Assembly (NCBI GenBank): GCA_040377165.1
Contig: JBEIPI010000003.1
Location: forward strand, 727-64,726
Source of the DNA: Bacteriovorax sp.
GTDB lineage: Bacteria; Bdellovibrionota; Bacteriovoracia; Bacteriovoracales; Bacteriovoracaceae
Direction: 5' to 3'
Length of the DNA: 64,000 nt
The notes below the pieces were generated by a model. That model was not told the DNA's origin. It made no database searches and saw only the letters and a program-made list of their open reading frames with translations. A program made the position numbers and the translations under genes. Within the stretch, counting starts at the first letter, position 1, and each line of letters begins with the position of its first letter. Positions 9,475 to 18,913 of this stretch are shown piece after piece.

Positions 9475-11907
9475 ATGAAGTACTTACCTCGTAAGCAATT
9501 ATTGCTATTTTTATTTTCCTTGTTTTTCATTTTTTCATGCAAGAGTGAAAACTCTGGTGGTGAATCTACCAATCCTCCAGGGACAGATGTCGGTGGTGGT
9601 GGAGTCATTGAAGAGCACACCAACGAAGCTGGTTATATCTTTAAAACAATTTCAGAATACCAATTCCCTGATGACCCAAGCACTCATATCTATGAACCGC
9701 GCGGAATTGGTGGTGGTGGAGCGATGAGTGGTTTTTCGATCTCTCCTTACAGCTCGCTGTGGTTTGTGGGGACTGACATGGGGACGCTCTTTAGAAGTAT
9801 TAACAGAGGTCAGAGCTGGATTCCTGTCAATCACTTCGAGACAACTTATTCATCCGATTTAGACAGTGCTGCCGGTATTGGTTTTTCTCCGGACACTGAT
9901 ATTGTTTTTCACGCGCCAGCTGGAAGAACTCCGATGAGAAGTGATGATGCCGGAGTGAATTGGAATCGCATTTCAAATTTCGCACTTGCTGGTGGTGAGA
10001 AAATCAAATACTGGCGCGCTAACAGCTACGATGCAAACTATATGTACGCCGGGACGACGACCGGATTGTGGCAAAGCCGCGACAGCGGTCTTTCGTGGTC
10101 GAAGCTCTCAGGAGTTTCAGGAGAGGCCCGCGGGACATATATCGATTACCATACTAACGGGCATATCATTTTTCACGCGACACCAACCGGGATCTGGAAA
10201 TCAATGGATCAAGGTGCAAGCTTCACCCGAGTGTACCAACCGTCAGGTGTGCAGATCAGGGCCTTTACTGCCGGCCGTGACGATGAAAAGATCACTTTCG
10301 CTTTTATCGATAATAATGGGGCGAGTGCCTGTTCTTCTGTTGCCGGATTCGCCAACGACTGGGGAGCGACGAGCATGAATGCTCATTACGCCCACTGCGG
10401 TTACGTTTGGATCGGAAATGAGGCCATGTCTTTTTCCCGTACCAATAAAGAGGGCGGAGACCACATTAAGATGTCGGAGAACAATTCAAAAGTTATTGTT
10501 GTTACGGGATCAACCGACTGGATTCGCCAGTACGGGACAAAAATCTGGAAGAGCACGGACTCAGGAGCGACCTGGGGTTTGAAGTTCAATCAATACAACT
10601 GGGACGTGGTTCCTTATGCGGCCTGGGGGCAGGACAAGCTTGAGTACAGCGCAGCTGCTCTTGATGTTGGATGGGACGATAGTGGCTATGAAAGTTTTGA
10701 CATGCATTTAAGATCTCCGGCAACAATGGGAGGGACTGGTTACTACTTCCTGCACACTTCAAAAAATGGCGGGGATTTCTGGAATGCTCCGTTCACTAAA
10801 TACGCCGACACAGGAGTGAGAGCGAAAGGAAAAAAATGGAAATCAACCGGACTTGAAGTCACCAGCGTTTATCGTTTTAAATTTCATCCGACGAATCCGC
10901 AGATCGGTTATGCGGCCATGGCCGACATGGGCGGGATGATGACAGAAGATGGTGGGCAGAGTTTTAGAATCAGCAAAGCCGCCTACAACAGCAATTATGA
11001 CTACGCTTTTGACCCCAACAATGACCAGATTGTTTTCGCCGTTTCAGGCTCTCAGCACGACTGGCCGATGGGGTGGCATGCAAACGCCGCAAGCGGTGAT
11101 GAGGGGGGCGTCTACAGGTCTAATAACCGCGGACAGACATGGACGAGAATCTCGCCTAACAACTCAAGCTTTAACCGCCAGTTTCTTTCAATTGGGTACG
11201 ATGATAATACAAATACACTTTATGCCGGAGCACATGGTTCAGGAATTGCCAGAAGTTTAGATGGCGGCTCTACTTGGGCCTTCTTTAATTCCGGTCTTCC
11301 GGCCGGAGATAAAATCGTTCCGCAGATCGAAGTCGATCCGGACACTGGGGGAGTTTATGCCCTCCTATCAGGAAATGCTCCCAGCTTCACTAATCAGGCG
11401 AGCACCGGAATCTACTACCTGGCCCCAGGAGCAAATTCATGGGCGCTTTTAAGAGGGACAGTCAACCGTCCAGCTGATGTAGATGCCAACACTAAACTTT
11501 GGTATTACCCGACAGCTTTTGCCGTGGATTTCTCAGCAGGAAGCAATAGAGGCACTCTTTATTTAGTGGACTACGAGAACAACTCAAACTGGCTTGCCAC
11601 TGGGGTGTGGAAGAGTACCGACAGAGGTGCGACCTGGAACCGCCAGGTGCAGATGACCCATCCAACTTCAATCACTCTGGACCAAGAGGACCCTTCTCAT
11701 GTGTATGCTAACGGGCTTCACACTATTGATGGAAGCTGGGGGAACGGGGGGATGTATTATTCCTCTAATGGCGGGGCAAGTTGGGGCAAGAATAATACTC
11801 CGGCATTCCAATCTAATGCGAGATCGGCTACCATAGATCCAAACGACAGAACAAAATTGTTCTATACATTTTTTGGAAGTGCGATGCTTTATGGACCACG
11901 CCCGTAA
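9475..11907 (+). CDS. Lipoprotein with BNR/Asp-box repeats, GH74-like double beta-propeller glycosidase
   Basis: Lipobox FIFSC, Gly/Pro linker, many S-x-D-x-G-x-x-W boxes; GTDMG and MADMGG resemble the two catalytic Asp motifs of GH74. Confidence 0.75.
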   Translation: MKYLPRKQLLLFLFSLFFIFSCKSENSGGESTNPPGTDVGGGGVIEEHTNEAGYIFKTISEYQFPDDPSTHIYEPRGIGGGGAMSGFSISPYSSLWFVGTDMGTLFRSINRGQSWIPVNHFETTYSSDLDSAAGIGFSPDTDIVFHAPAGRTPMRSDDAGVNWNRISNFALAGGEKIKYWRANSYDANYMYAGTTTGLWQSRDSGLSWSKLSGVSGEARGTYIDYHTNGHIIFHATPTGIWKSMDQGASFTRVYQPSGVQIRAFTAGRDDEKITFAFIDNNGASACSSVAGFANDWGATSMNAHYAHCGYVWIGNEAMSFSRTNKEGGDHIKMSENNSKVIVVTGSTDWIRQYGTKIWKSTDSGATWGLKFNQYNWDVVPYAAWGQDKLEYSAAALDVGWDDSGYESFDMHLRSPATMGGTGYYFLHTSKNGGDFWNAPFTKYADTGVRAKGKKWKSTGLEVTSVYRFKFHPTNPQIGYAAMADMGGMMTEDGGQSFRISKAAYNSNYDYAFDPNNDQIVFAVSGSQHDWPMGWHANAASGDEGGVYRSNNRGQTWTRISPNNSSFNRQFLSIGYDDNTNTLYAGAHGSGIARSLDGGSTWAFFNSGLPAGDKIVPQIEVDPDTGGVYALLSGNAPSFTNQASTGIYYLAPGANSWALLRGTVNRPADVDANTKLWYYPTAFAVDFSAGSNRGTLYLVDYENNSNWLATGVWKSTDRGATWNRQVQMTHPTSITLDQEDPSHVYANGLHTIDGSWGNGGMYYSSNGGASWGKNNTPAFQSNARSATIDPNDRTKLFYTFFGSAMLYGPRP

Positions 11908-13183
11908 TAAAAAACTGATTTGTCTTTTTCTCATAATCGTTCTTCAGGCCTGTTCGAAAAGACCTGAAGAACATTTAATAAGCAAACTTGAAGACCGCTA
12001 TGCAAACCTCTATTTCAATGATGCCGCGGAAAAAAGAAAGGCCCTCGATTCACTAAAAAATTTTTTTAAGAAAAATGCCTTGAGCGATGCTCGTATCAAC
12101 GAGGTTCACACGCTTTTAAACGGTTTCAATGATGGGCACGTTGTTTTATTCGATGAGAGGCCAGACCGAAATGTCAGCTATGAGAGCAGACTAAAATTCA
12201 TCCCGGGGTCGCTCGCGGTGGAGTCCTGCCTTGACTGCACTCCCGTGCTGGAAAAGGGCAAGTACGAGATCCTGGAAATTAATCAGGACAGTCTTTTAAA
12301 GCATTTTGAGAAAGAGAGAAATTCGGTTGCCGCCTCTTCAGTATGGGGGAGGCAATACAGAATCTCCAGGCTGTTAATCAATAAATCCAACGACCGTGAT
12401 GAGATCCTAAAAGTTAAGGGCCAAAACGGAAAGATTATCACGACTACGATTCCTTACCACAAAAATGAACCTAAGCCACCGGTGTGCGTGAGCGGAGAGA
12501 GACTGCAGGACGGTGTTTTTAAGCTCAACATCTACAGCCTTTGGTGTGACGACCCGACGATTGCAGGACATTCCCGCGATCAGGTGTTCCTGAATTTCAA
12601 GAACCAGTTCGATAGTGTGATTGCTCAGGTTCAGGAGAATGATCATATCGTGATTGATTTAAGAGAAAATGGCGGAGGCGGCGACAACGAAGTCGAATAT
12701 GTTCTCAATACCTTCTATGAAAAACCAGTTTTCATGTATCACTACAAATACCTTCGAAAAACCCATCCAGGGAAAAGAAAGTGGTTGGAAAAAATGTGGC
12801 CGTTTGAGCTTTCACTCTGGTCTGAGGATGAGTACCAGTATACAGATCCTGCAAAAAGAACAGGGAAGGCATTCTTTAATAACAAACTTACGACAATGAT
12901 TTCTGCTGGATGCTTCTCTTCATGTGAGGGGATAGCTTCTTCTCTAAAATTCGGCGGGCGCTCTAAACTCATTGGTGAAACCACTCACGGTGGAGCTGGA
13001 GACCCGGTCATTTTTCCGATTAAGGACACTCCTTACTCCATTAATATTCCAACCTGTGTGGTCTGGCAGAAAGACGGCAGTCTTTTTGAAGGGCATGGGG
13101 TTATCCCAGACATCACATTATCGCAAAATATGAAATTAGCTGATGACAATGTCTTGAGACAGGCTATTGATCAAGTTCAATAA
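11891..13183 (+). CDS. S41 family peptidase (lipoprotein)
   Basis: LQAC lipobox, DGHV, IDLRENGGG, CFSSCEG (catalytic Ser), IGETTHG, EGHGVIPD; overlaps the upstream stop. Confidence 0.85.
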   Translation: MDHARNKKLICLFLIIVLQACSKRPEEHLISKLEDRYANLYFNDAAEKRKALDSLKNFFKKNALSDARINEVHTLLNGFNDGHVVLFDERPDRNVSYESRLKFIPGSLAVESCLDCTPVLEKGKYEILEINQDSLLKHFEKERNSVAASSVWGRQYRISRLLINKSNDRDEILKVKGQNGKIITTTIPYHKNEPKPPVCVSGERLQDGVFKLNIYSLWCDDPTIAGHSRDQVFLNFKNQFDSVIAQVQENDHIVIDLRENGGGGDNEVEYVLNTFYEKPVFMYHYKYLRKTHPGKRKWLEKMWPFELSLWSEDEYQYTDPAKRTGKAFFNNKLTTMISAGCFSSCEGIASSLKFGGRSKLIGETTHGGAGDPVIFPIKDTPYSINIPTCVVWQKDGSLFEGHGVIPDITLSQNMKLADDNVLRQAIDQVQ

Positions 13184-14408
13184 GATAAGCAAGGCCTAGT
13201 TTTGTAAATAAGCTCGCATGCTCTGTCGTATTGTTGGACTTATCAAAAGTGTCCTTGGCCGTATGGATAAAAGTGTTTTGCTCGCTATTGATCGCTTCAA
13301 CCGGAAAGCTCGCACGGTAGCCTTCGTAATTCCAGGCCGCGTGGTCAGAACATCCGTACCCGCATTGCTCCCATGTCCATGTTGCCTTCACATATTTATC
13401 GATCAGTGAGGCCAGGAAGAGGTTCTGCTCCTGATTTGTGCTGTCACTGATCAATGCCATATCAAAAGTTTTCTTTACGTTGTAATTAACTCCATCAAAC
13501 TGAAAAACGCCCAGGACTTTCTTTTTGTTTTCGCGATAAACACGTGCAAGTTCATAGGAGCCCTGGATCCCCACTTCCTCTGCCGCATAGGCGATGAACT
13601 GGATGGTGTGTCTTGGCCGATAATTCTTATTTACGATCACTCTGATGATATCGCTGACAACCGCAATTCCGGCCGCATTGTCATCTGCTCCAGGGGCGTG
13701 TGAGTGAACACCTTCATCGTCTGTGTTAATTGAATCACCATGGCCGCCAAGGATAATGATCTGATCTTTTACAACAGGATCCGAGCCTTCAATGGTCAAA
13801 ATAACAGTTGGCTGGTCGTGGTTTTTGTATTGGTAGTATTCAACCTTGGCATCACTTCTGACCGCAGTTAACCTCGACCATTCAGCACCGATCCACTTTA
13901 GTGCTTCGACTCCTTCAGGGGCCTTGTAATAACGGGTCTTATAAGAAGACAGGTGATTAACAACACCATTCATATATTCAACTGAAATTTCCGGTAGAAA
14001 TGTCTCTACAGTACTTTCCTGATTGATGGAATAGTCAGGAGTAAGCATGGTTTGAAAATCGTAATAGCCAAATGATTGTGATTTAAAAAGCGATTTATAA
14101 CTTAGTGCTTTTGATTCTTCCTTCGGTTCCTTGTGAAGCACTCGGTATCCGCCACATCTTTTAAAATTGTGGTGGATGAAATGAGAAATTTTATCCAATT
14201 CCGATTCTTTGATTTTGAAGAAAGTCTCTCTCTCGCCCTTTACCAAGTCGCTGTACTCAAATACACGGACCTTTTTTTCAGCGAATGTTTTCAAAACGAA
14301 AGGCTCGATCCCAATCCATACTGATTTGTCGGAACTAAAAAGTTTTGCCTGGGCGTCTGAAAAACCTAAACCAAACAAAAGCATAAATGCGAATAATTGT
14401 GTTTTCAT
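13164..14408 (-). CDS. Secreted M28 leucyl aminopeptidase
   Basis: Signal peptide, propeptide with RCGGY, GGHGDS, PGADDNAAG, YAAEEVG, CGYGCSDHAAW, IHT. Confidence 0.92.
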   Translation of the reverse strand: MKTQLFAFMLLFGLGFSDAQAKLFSSDKSVWIGIEPFVLKTFAEKKVRVFEYSDLVKGERETFFKIKESELDKISHFIHHNFKRCGGYRVLHKEPKEESKALSYKSLFKSQSFGYYDFQTMLTPDYSINQESTVETFLPEISVEYMNGVVNHLSSYKTRYYKAPEGVEALKWIGAEWSRLTAVRSDAKVEYYQYKNHDQPTVILTIEGSDPVVKDQIIILGGHGDSINTDDEGVHSHAPGADDNAAGIAVVSDIIRVIVNKNYRPRHTIQFIAYAAEEVGIQGSYELARVYRENKKKVLGVFQFDGVNYNVKKTFDMALISDSTNQEQNLFLASLIDKYVKATWTWEQCGYGCSDHAAWNYEGYRASFPVEAINSEQNTFIHTAKDTFDKSNNTTEHASLFTKLGLAYLIELDQ

Positions 14409-14414
14409 GACCGT

Positions 14415-14420
14415 ATTATA
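14415..14420 (-). promoter_or_regulatory. sigma70 -10 box 6 nt before ATG (leaderless transcript candidate)
   Basis: Minus strand GCTATAATACGGTCATG; no Shine-Dalgarno. Confidence 0.55.
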
Positions 14421-14519
14421 GCGGACTTAGTGACCGCTTTTCCTCTCTGAGTAATTATTACAGGGCCCGTGGCTTATCTGTCAATTGAAGTCTAAAACAG
14501 CGCTATTCGGTAAAGATTC

Positions 14520-17500
14520 GTGATGGGGATTTTCGTGATCATATCTAAATTGATCAGGACACTCGGGGTAGTGGGCCTTTTCTTCTTTAATTTTGCTCAA
14601 GCTGGTGAATTGTGGAGTTATACACAATTAACCACCCGCCAATTCCTTTCAGTTGAAAGAATTGATGGGGCAGTAAAACTAAATCATTACTCTCAGGAAA
14701 GAGGAGAGTATCAATCTCTTGTCTCTTCTTATGAATTTAAAAATCAAAAAGAACTCGAGTCATTTGTCGCAAGCCGCTTCCCGATTTTTAAAGAAACAAA
14801 AAAGTTGGCAGCGTGGCCGATCCAATCCTTTGTAGAAAAAGAACAGAATAAAGGTCTTTTTGGTAATAAAAACCAATTCATCTGGCAGGCCAACAACCGT
14901 TGGAATGATGAGTGGGAAGCAAAATACTCTCAGTGGCTACAAAATGAAGTCACGCCGGAGTTCTTTAAAAAACATAAAATCCAGACTGACTGTGCGGATG
15001 CACTTGTTGGTCTTCGTTGGATTTTTGCCCGCATGAATTCACTTCCGGTGGCCAATACGGTGGCAGACACTGGCGAGCTGTTCGGAAATTTTTCAATGAG
15101 AAAGGATTGGAGAAGATACGACACGGCCACAAACTGGTATCAGGACGAGCTTTTTTTGGCGGCACTTGATTACATCATGAATTTAACCAGCACCAGAACC
15201 GTCATCCACGACGGTTTTCCTGTTTCAATCACTAAAGAGGGTCTGGTTCCCGGAACTTTCATCATCACTCAAAACAACGGCTCAGGGCATGCGAAGATCG
15301 TGACAGAGACACATTATGATGAAGTCACTGAGCTTCCTCTTTATACGCTTGCTTCAACCAGCCCGCGCGCCCTTCGTGTGTTGACTAAAGAAGTTTTCCT
15401 GGACCAAGACTGGCCGGCGAGAGGAGCAAAGGAAATTTTGGCCTTTAGGTGGCCGGTCATTGTAAATTCAAAGTGGGTATTAGAGCCAAAGAATGCCCGC
15501 CCGACCTATTCAGAAGAGCAATTCGACGACAATTTGAAATATGAATTCCCGGCCTTTATTCAACTGGTTCTTTCAAGAGTTAAAGGCAGCTATGATCCAC
15601 TTAAACTAGTGGAGATGGCCGTAGGTGATATTCTTGGCTATGCAGACCAGCGCATTCAAGTGGTCAACAAAGGTTATGAATTCTGCAGAAAAAATGACTG
15701 CCGTCCAGGGTCTCAGGGGGATGATGACTGGGGGACAACAAGCAGAGACGCCAAACTTCTAAAGAAGTTTCAAGATATCGATAAACTGGTGGAGGAATTC
15801 GAAAATCTATCACCTGGTTTGTATCAGCGCTGGATCGCAGGGCTTAGGTCAGCGAATCTCAAAGTGGAGGGTGTGAATCTGAAACTTTCAAGCCTGCGCT
15901 TCATTATAGAAAACAATTTATTTTCAAGTCTTGCGAGCGACGTTCCCTCAAAAAGATGGGGCTTAAATGGTGATGAGCTTTTGACCAGGTGGATGGCGAC
16001 GTCCGAGAGACTTTTAAATGAGAGAAATGATATTATTTCTCGTCCGGAAAATCCATGCAGCGAGGATTGTTATCCGAAAACCAATCTATGGGTAGGACTT
16101 AGCACATACCATATAGATGCAGAACTCAATCAGCTCTACACTCAGATTGCGACTTATTGTCACCTGATCGATTCAAAGATGTGCCAGAATTTTTTTGAAA
16201 TGAAGTCGCAGAAATCCCTGACATATAACGGAGTATCGAAGTCGCTTGAAGACTGGTTTAAGACCATTCCGCTTTTCCATTCAGATGCCAGAGTCTCTCT
16301 GGAGAGAAGATGGGGAATCCTTCCGGATGAGATCGTGGCCCGCGCGCTTCCATATTTTGATTCGATTAAGATTTCTAAAAATTCTCTGGCCTTGCTGGAC
16401 AATACAAAGCTGATTAACCTAAAAAACGGCAAGACGATTTATGAAGCTTCTGAAAGTTCAAGAATCATCCTTACTGAGGCCGGCGTGGTTTACAATCTCA
16501 ACGATTTAAAAGGAGAGATGAAGCGCTTAAAAGTTGAAGGTGATAAGGCCCAATGGGTGCCGGTTGCCGATGCAGACAAGCTTTTGAATCTAGAGAAAGA
16601 GAGACTGGTTTATGTTCAGGAAAACAATGGCCATACAGTGTTTAGAAAACCGCTGGCGCAAGGACAGATCACATTCAGAGTGATTAACGATCAAATTGAA
16701 TTTATTAAAGAGCACACAGGCTCAATTCATCAGCTCGGGCCTCTGGTAACAATGGCCCTGGATAAAAATACGATGAGTTTTGTGGACCTGGATAGAACTC
16801 TGAATGTTGATATTACAGTTGCAGGTAGCACCAATTTTTACGACATGAATCTGGTTAAGATTTCTTCATACAGCTACCCTGAAGTCGTTCTCGAATACAA
16901 AGACCGTGATCAAGATCTGTATTATTCAGTTGTTGTGAATCTTGAGAAAAAATCGTGGGTAAAAATCGCACCGATGATCGAAGAGAAGAACACTCTTTTA
17001 TGGTCGGACGTAAAACTAAAGAAGGCCTTGATTCAAACCAAGTTTAATCAGGAGTTCCCAGACCTGTATGCAGTGACTTGGGATGATTTATATAACTTCA
17101 ATACGCAGAAGATGGGCAATCTTTTGATGGGAACAAAGACGGTTGGAGAGACTGTTTATTTTATTGAAGGAATAGGTGGTGTTTGGGATCAAAATCCCAA
17201 GACAAAACTAATCGAGTGGGATAAGAAGCTCATCCCAGTTGCAGGACCGGCGAATTTTGAAGTGAAATTTTTAACTTCACTTGGAGCATATTTTTCTTCT
17301 GATGAAGGAGGAATGCTACAGGTGCTTGGGAATACAAAGAGTTTCAGGCTCCCTAAAGATTTGCTCGCAGAAGACGAATTTTGCCAGATTCAAACGAAGT
17401 CAGAGCAGATTTTTAGTTACAGGTTTAGTTCAAGTTATGGAGATTATTCGTGCATGGGCGGTAGTCTTTTGAAATCGCAGATAACTACTTCAAAAGATGA

Positions 17501-17651
17501 GCTTGTCCCTCAATTTTCTCAGTACTCTTGGATAAACAAAGAAAGTTTGTTAGACCTTCGTTGGCACAAAACTTTCGCGGAGTTTGATGTGCAGGATGGA
17601 CTACTCATCGGCCTTGGAAGAAACATTGGCCTTTGGTGGAGTTTGAAGTGA
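14520..17651 (+). CDS. Large secreted protein with a putative papain-like (NlpC/P60/CHAP-type) Cys/His domain and a C-terminal beta-rich region
   Basis: 1043-aa ORF with signal peptide (AQA); TDCAD and SGHAKIV motifs. The start codon is uncertain. Confidence 0.55.
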   Translation: MMGIFVIISKLIRTLGVVGLFFFNFAQAGELWSYTQLTTRQFLSVERIDGAVKLNHYSQERGEYQSLVSSYEFKNQKELESFVASRFPIFKETKKLAAWPIQSFVEKEQNKGLFGNKNQFIWQANNRWNDEWEAKYSQWLQNEVTPEFFKKHKIQTDCADALVGLRWIFARMNSLPVANTVADTGELFGNFSMRKDWRRYDTATNWYQDELFLAALDYIMNLTSTRTVIHDGFPVSITKEGLVPGTFIITQNNGSGHAKIVTETHYDEVTELPLYTLASTSPRALRVLTKEVFLDQDWPARGAKEILAFRWPVIVNSKWVLEPKNARPTYSEEQFDDNLKYEFPAFIQLVLSRVKGSYDPLKLVEMAVGDILGYADQRIQVVNKGYEFCRKNDCRPGSQGDDDWGTTSRDAKLLKKFQDIDKLVEEFENLSPGLYQRWIAGLRSANLKVEGVNLKLSSLRFIIENNLFSSLASDVPSKRWGLNGDELLTRWMATSERLLNERNDIISRPENPCSEDCYPKTNLWVGLSTYHIDAELNQLYTQIATYCHLIDSKMCQNFFEMKSQKSLTYNGVSKSLEDWFKTIPLFHSDARVSLERRWGILPDEIVARALPYFDSIKISKNSLALLDNTKLINLKNGKTIYEASESSRIILTEAGVVYNLNDLKGEMKRLKVEGDKAQWVPVADADKLLNLEKERLVYVQENNGHTVFRKPLAQGQITFRVINDQIEFIKEHTGSIHQLGPLVTMALDKNTMSFVDLDRTLNVDITVAGSTNFYDMNLVKISSYSYPEVVLEYKDRDQDLYYSVVVNLEKKSWVKIAPMIEEKNTLLWSDVKLKKALIQTKFNQEFPDLYAVTWDDLYNFNTQKMGNLLMGTKTVGETVYFIEGIGGVWDQNPKTKLIEWDKKLIPVAGPANFEVKFLTSLGAYFSSDEGGMLQVLGNTKSFRLPKDLLAEDEFCQIQTKSEQIFSYRFSSSYGDYSCMGGSLLKSQITTSKDELVPQFSQYSWINKESLLDLRWHKTFAEFDVQDGLLIGLGRNIGLWWSLK

Positions 17652-17734
17652 GTAATTTTTACAAGATTTTTTAAGTGGTGGAAGGATTCCTAAAATAACG
17701 TGTTAAACAGAGATATTAAATTTTTGGAGTGTGT

Positions 17735-18886
17735 ATGAAAAAGATTATCGGTTTCGTAGTGATGTTGGGGTTATTTTCCGGCCAGCTTTATGCTGGTGAA
17801 CAGTACTCTCTTGAGAGAGCTAAAGAACAAGTTGTTAACGACAACATTAAGGTTTCGATTGCGTATGAGCAGTACGTACTAGTGAAGACTCAGGCACAAG
17901 CTAAAACTCTTTCACTTTTACCTACGCTTTCAGTAGATATGCTTATTTACGATTACCAATACGCGATTCTTCGTACTCTAGTACCAGAGCCTTCGAGATT
18001 TTTTGAAGCTGCTGCTCATAAAGACCTGGCACAAGCTGCTCTAGTTAACAAGAAAATCGTTCAGAAGAACCTACTTGAAGACTTGGAAAAAACTTATTTC
18101 TTATTCCAATTCCACGGTGAAATGATCGAATCTTTCAAGAAAGAAGCGGCAATCACAAACGAAATCGCAACTCGCTCACAAGAAGCTTACGATCTTGGAG
18201 CAATCGACTTTAACGAGTACTACAGAACTCAAAGAAACGTAGTTTCTATGAAAACTCAAAGTGTAAACGGAAACGAGCTTTTAGAAACTGAAGAGTACGC
18301 TCTTAAGTTAATCCTTCAAGCAGATAACCAAGCTCCTCTTGAATTAGCAAACGTTGACTTCTACAACTCTGAACTGGCATTCCCGGCTTCAGTAGAAGAA
18401 GCGACAACAATCGCTGTTAACAATTCAAAAGAAATCGAGCAATTCAACCACCTGATCGACGCTGCTAACAAGCAAAAGAAAGGTGTGGCGCTTTCATGGA
18501 TCTCATGGGGTGGTGTAGGATTTGATTACTTCGCGAAAGTTTCAATCGCTAAACACGAAGTTAACAAAATCGAACTTATGAAGAAAAAAGCTACTTACGA
18601 AATCAAAAACCAGGTAGCAGCTCAATACGCACAGATCGCTTCTCATAAAGAAAAAATGGCCTACCAGGCTCAGTTATTAGAAATGGCGAAGGCAGAGTAC
18701 GCGGCAGCTCAAACAGCTGAAACTGATCTTCTGAACTCTTTCATCAGCACAAAGAAAGCTGAACTTTCTTTAATGTACGCTGAAAGAGAAGCTACAAAAC
18801 TTAAGTACGAACTAGAACTTAAGTACATCAAGCTTAAGAGATTAATTGGCGCGAACATGTTAACAAACGAAATCCCTCGTTCATAA
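17735..18886 (+). CDS. TolC-like outer-membrane factor, atypical
   Basis: Signal peptide; two-fold internal repeat (YSLERAKEQVVNDN / SVEEATTIAVNNS); YDLGAIDF turn motif; coiled coils; GGAG RBS. Confidence 0.7.
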   Translation: MKKIIGFVVMLGLFSGQLYAGEQYSLERAKEQVVNDNIKVSIAYEQYVLVKTQAQAKTLSLLPTLSVDMLIYDYQYAILRTLVPEPSRFFEAAAHKDLAQAALVNKKIVQKNLLEDLEKTYFLFQFHGEMIESFKKEAAITNEIATRSQEAYDLGAIDFNEYYRTQRNVVSMKTQSVNGNELLETEEYALKLILQADNQAPLELANVDFYNSELAFPASVEEATTIAVNNSKEIEQFNHLIDAANKQKKGVALSWISWGGVGFDYFAKVSIAKHEVNKIELMKKKATYEIKNQVAAQYAQIASHKEKMAYQAQLLEMAKAEYAAAQTAETDLLNSFISTKKAELSLMYAEREATKLKYELELKYIKLKRLIGANMLTNEIPRS

Positions 18887-18913
18887 TAACGGCAAGGTAA
18901 AAGGAATACTTAT

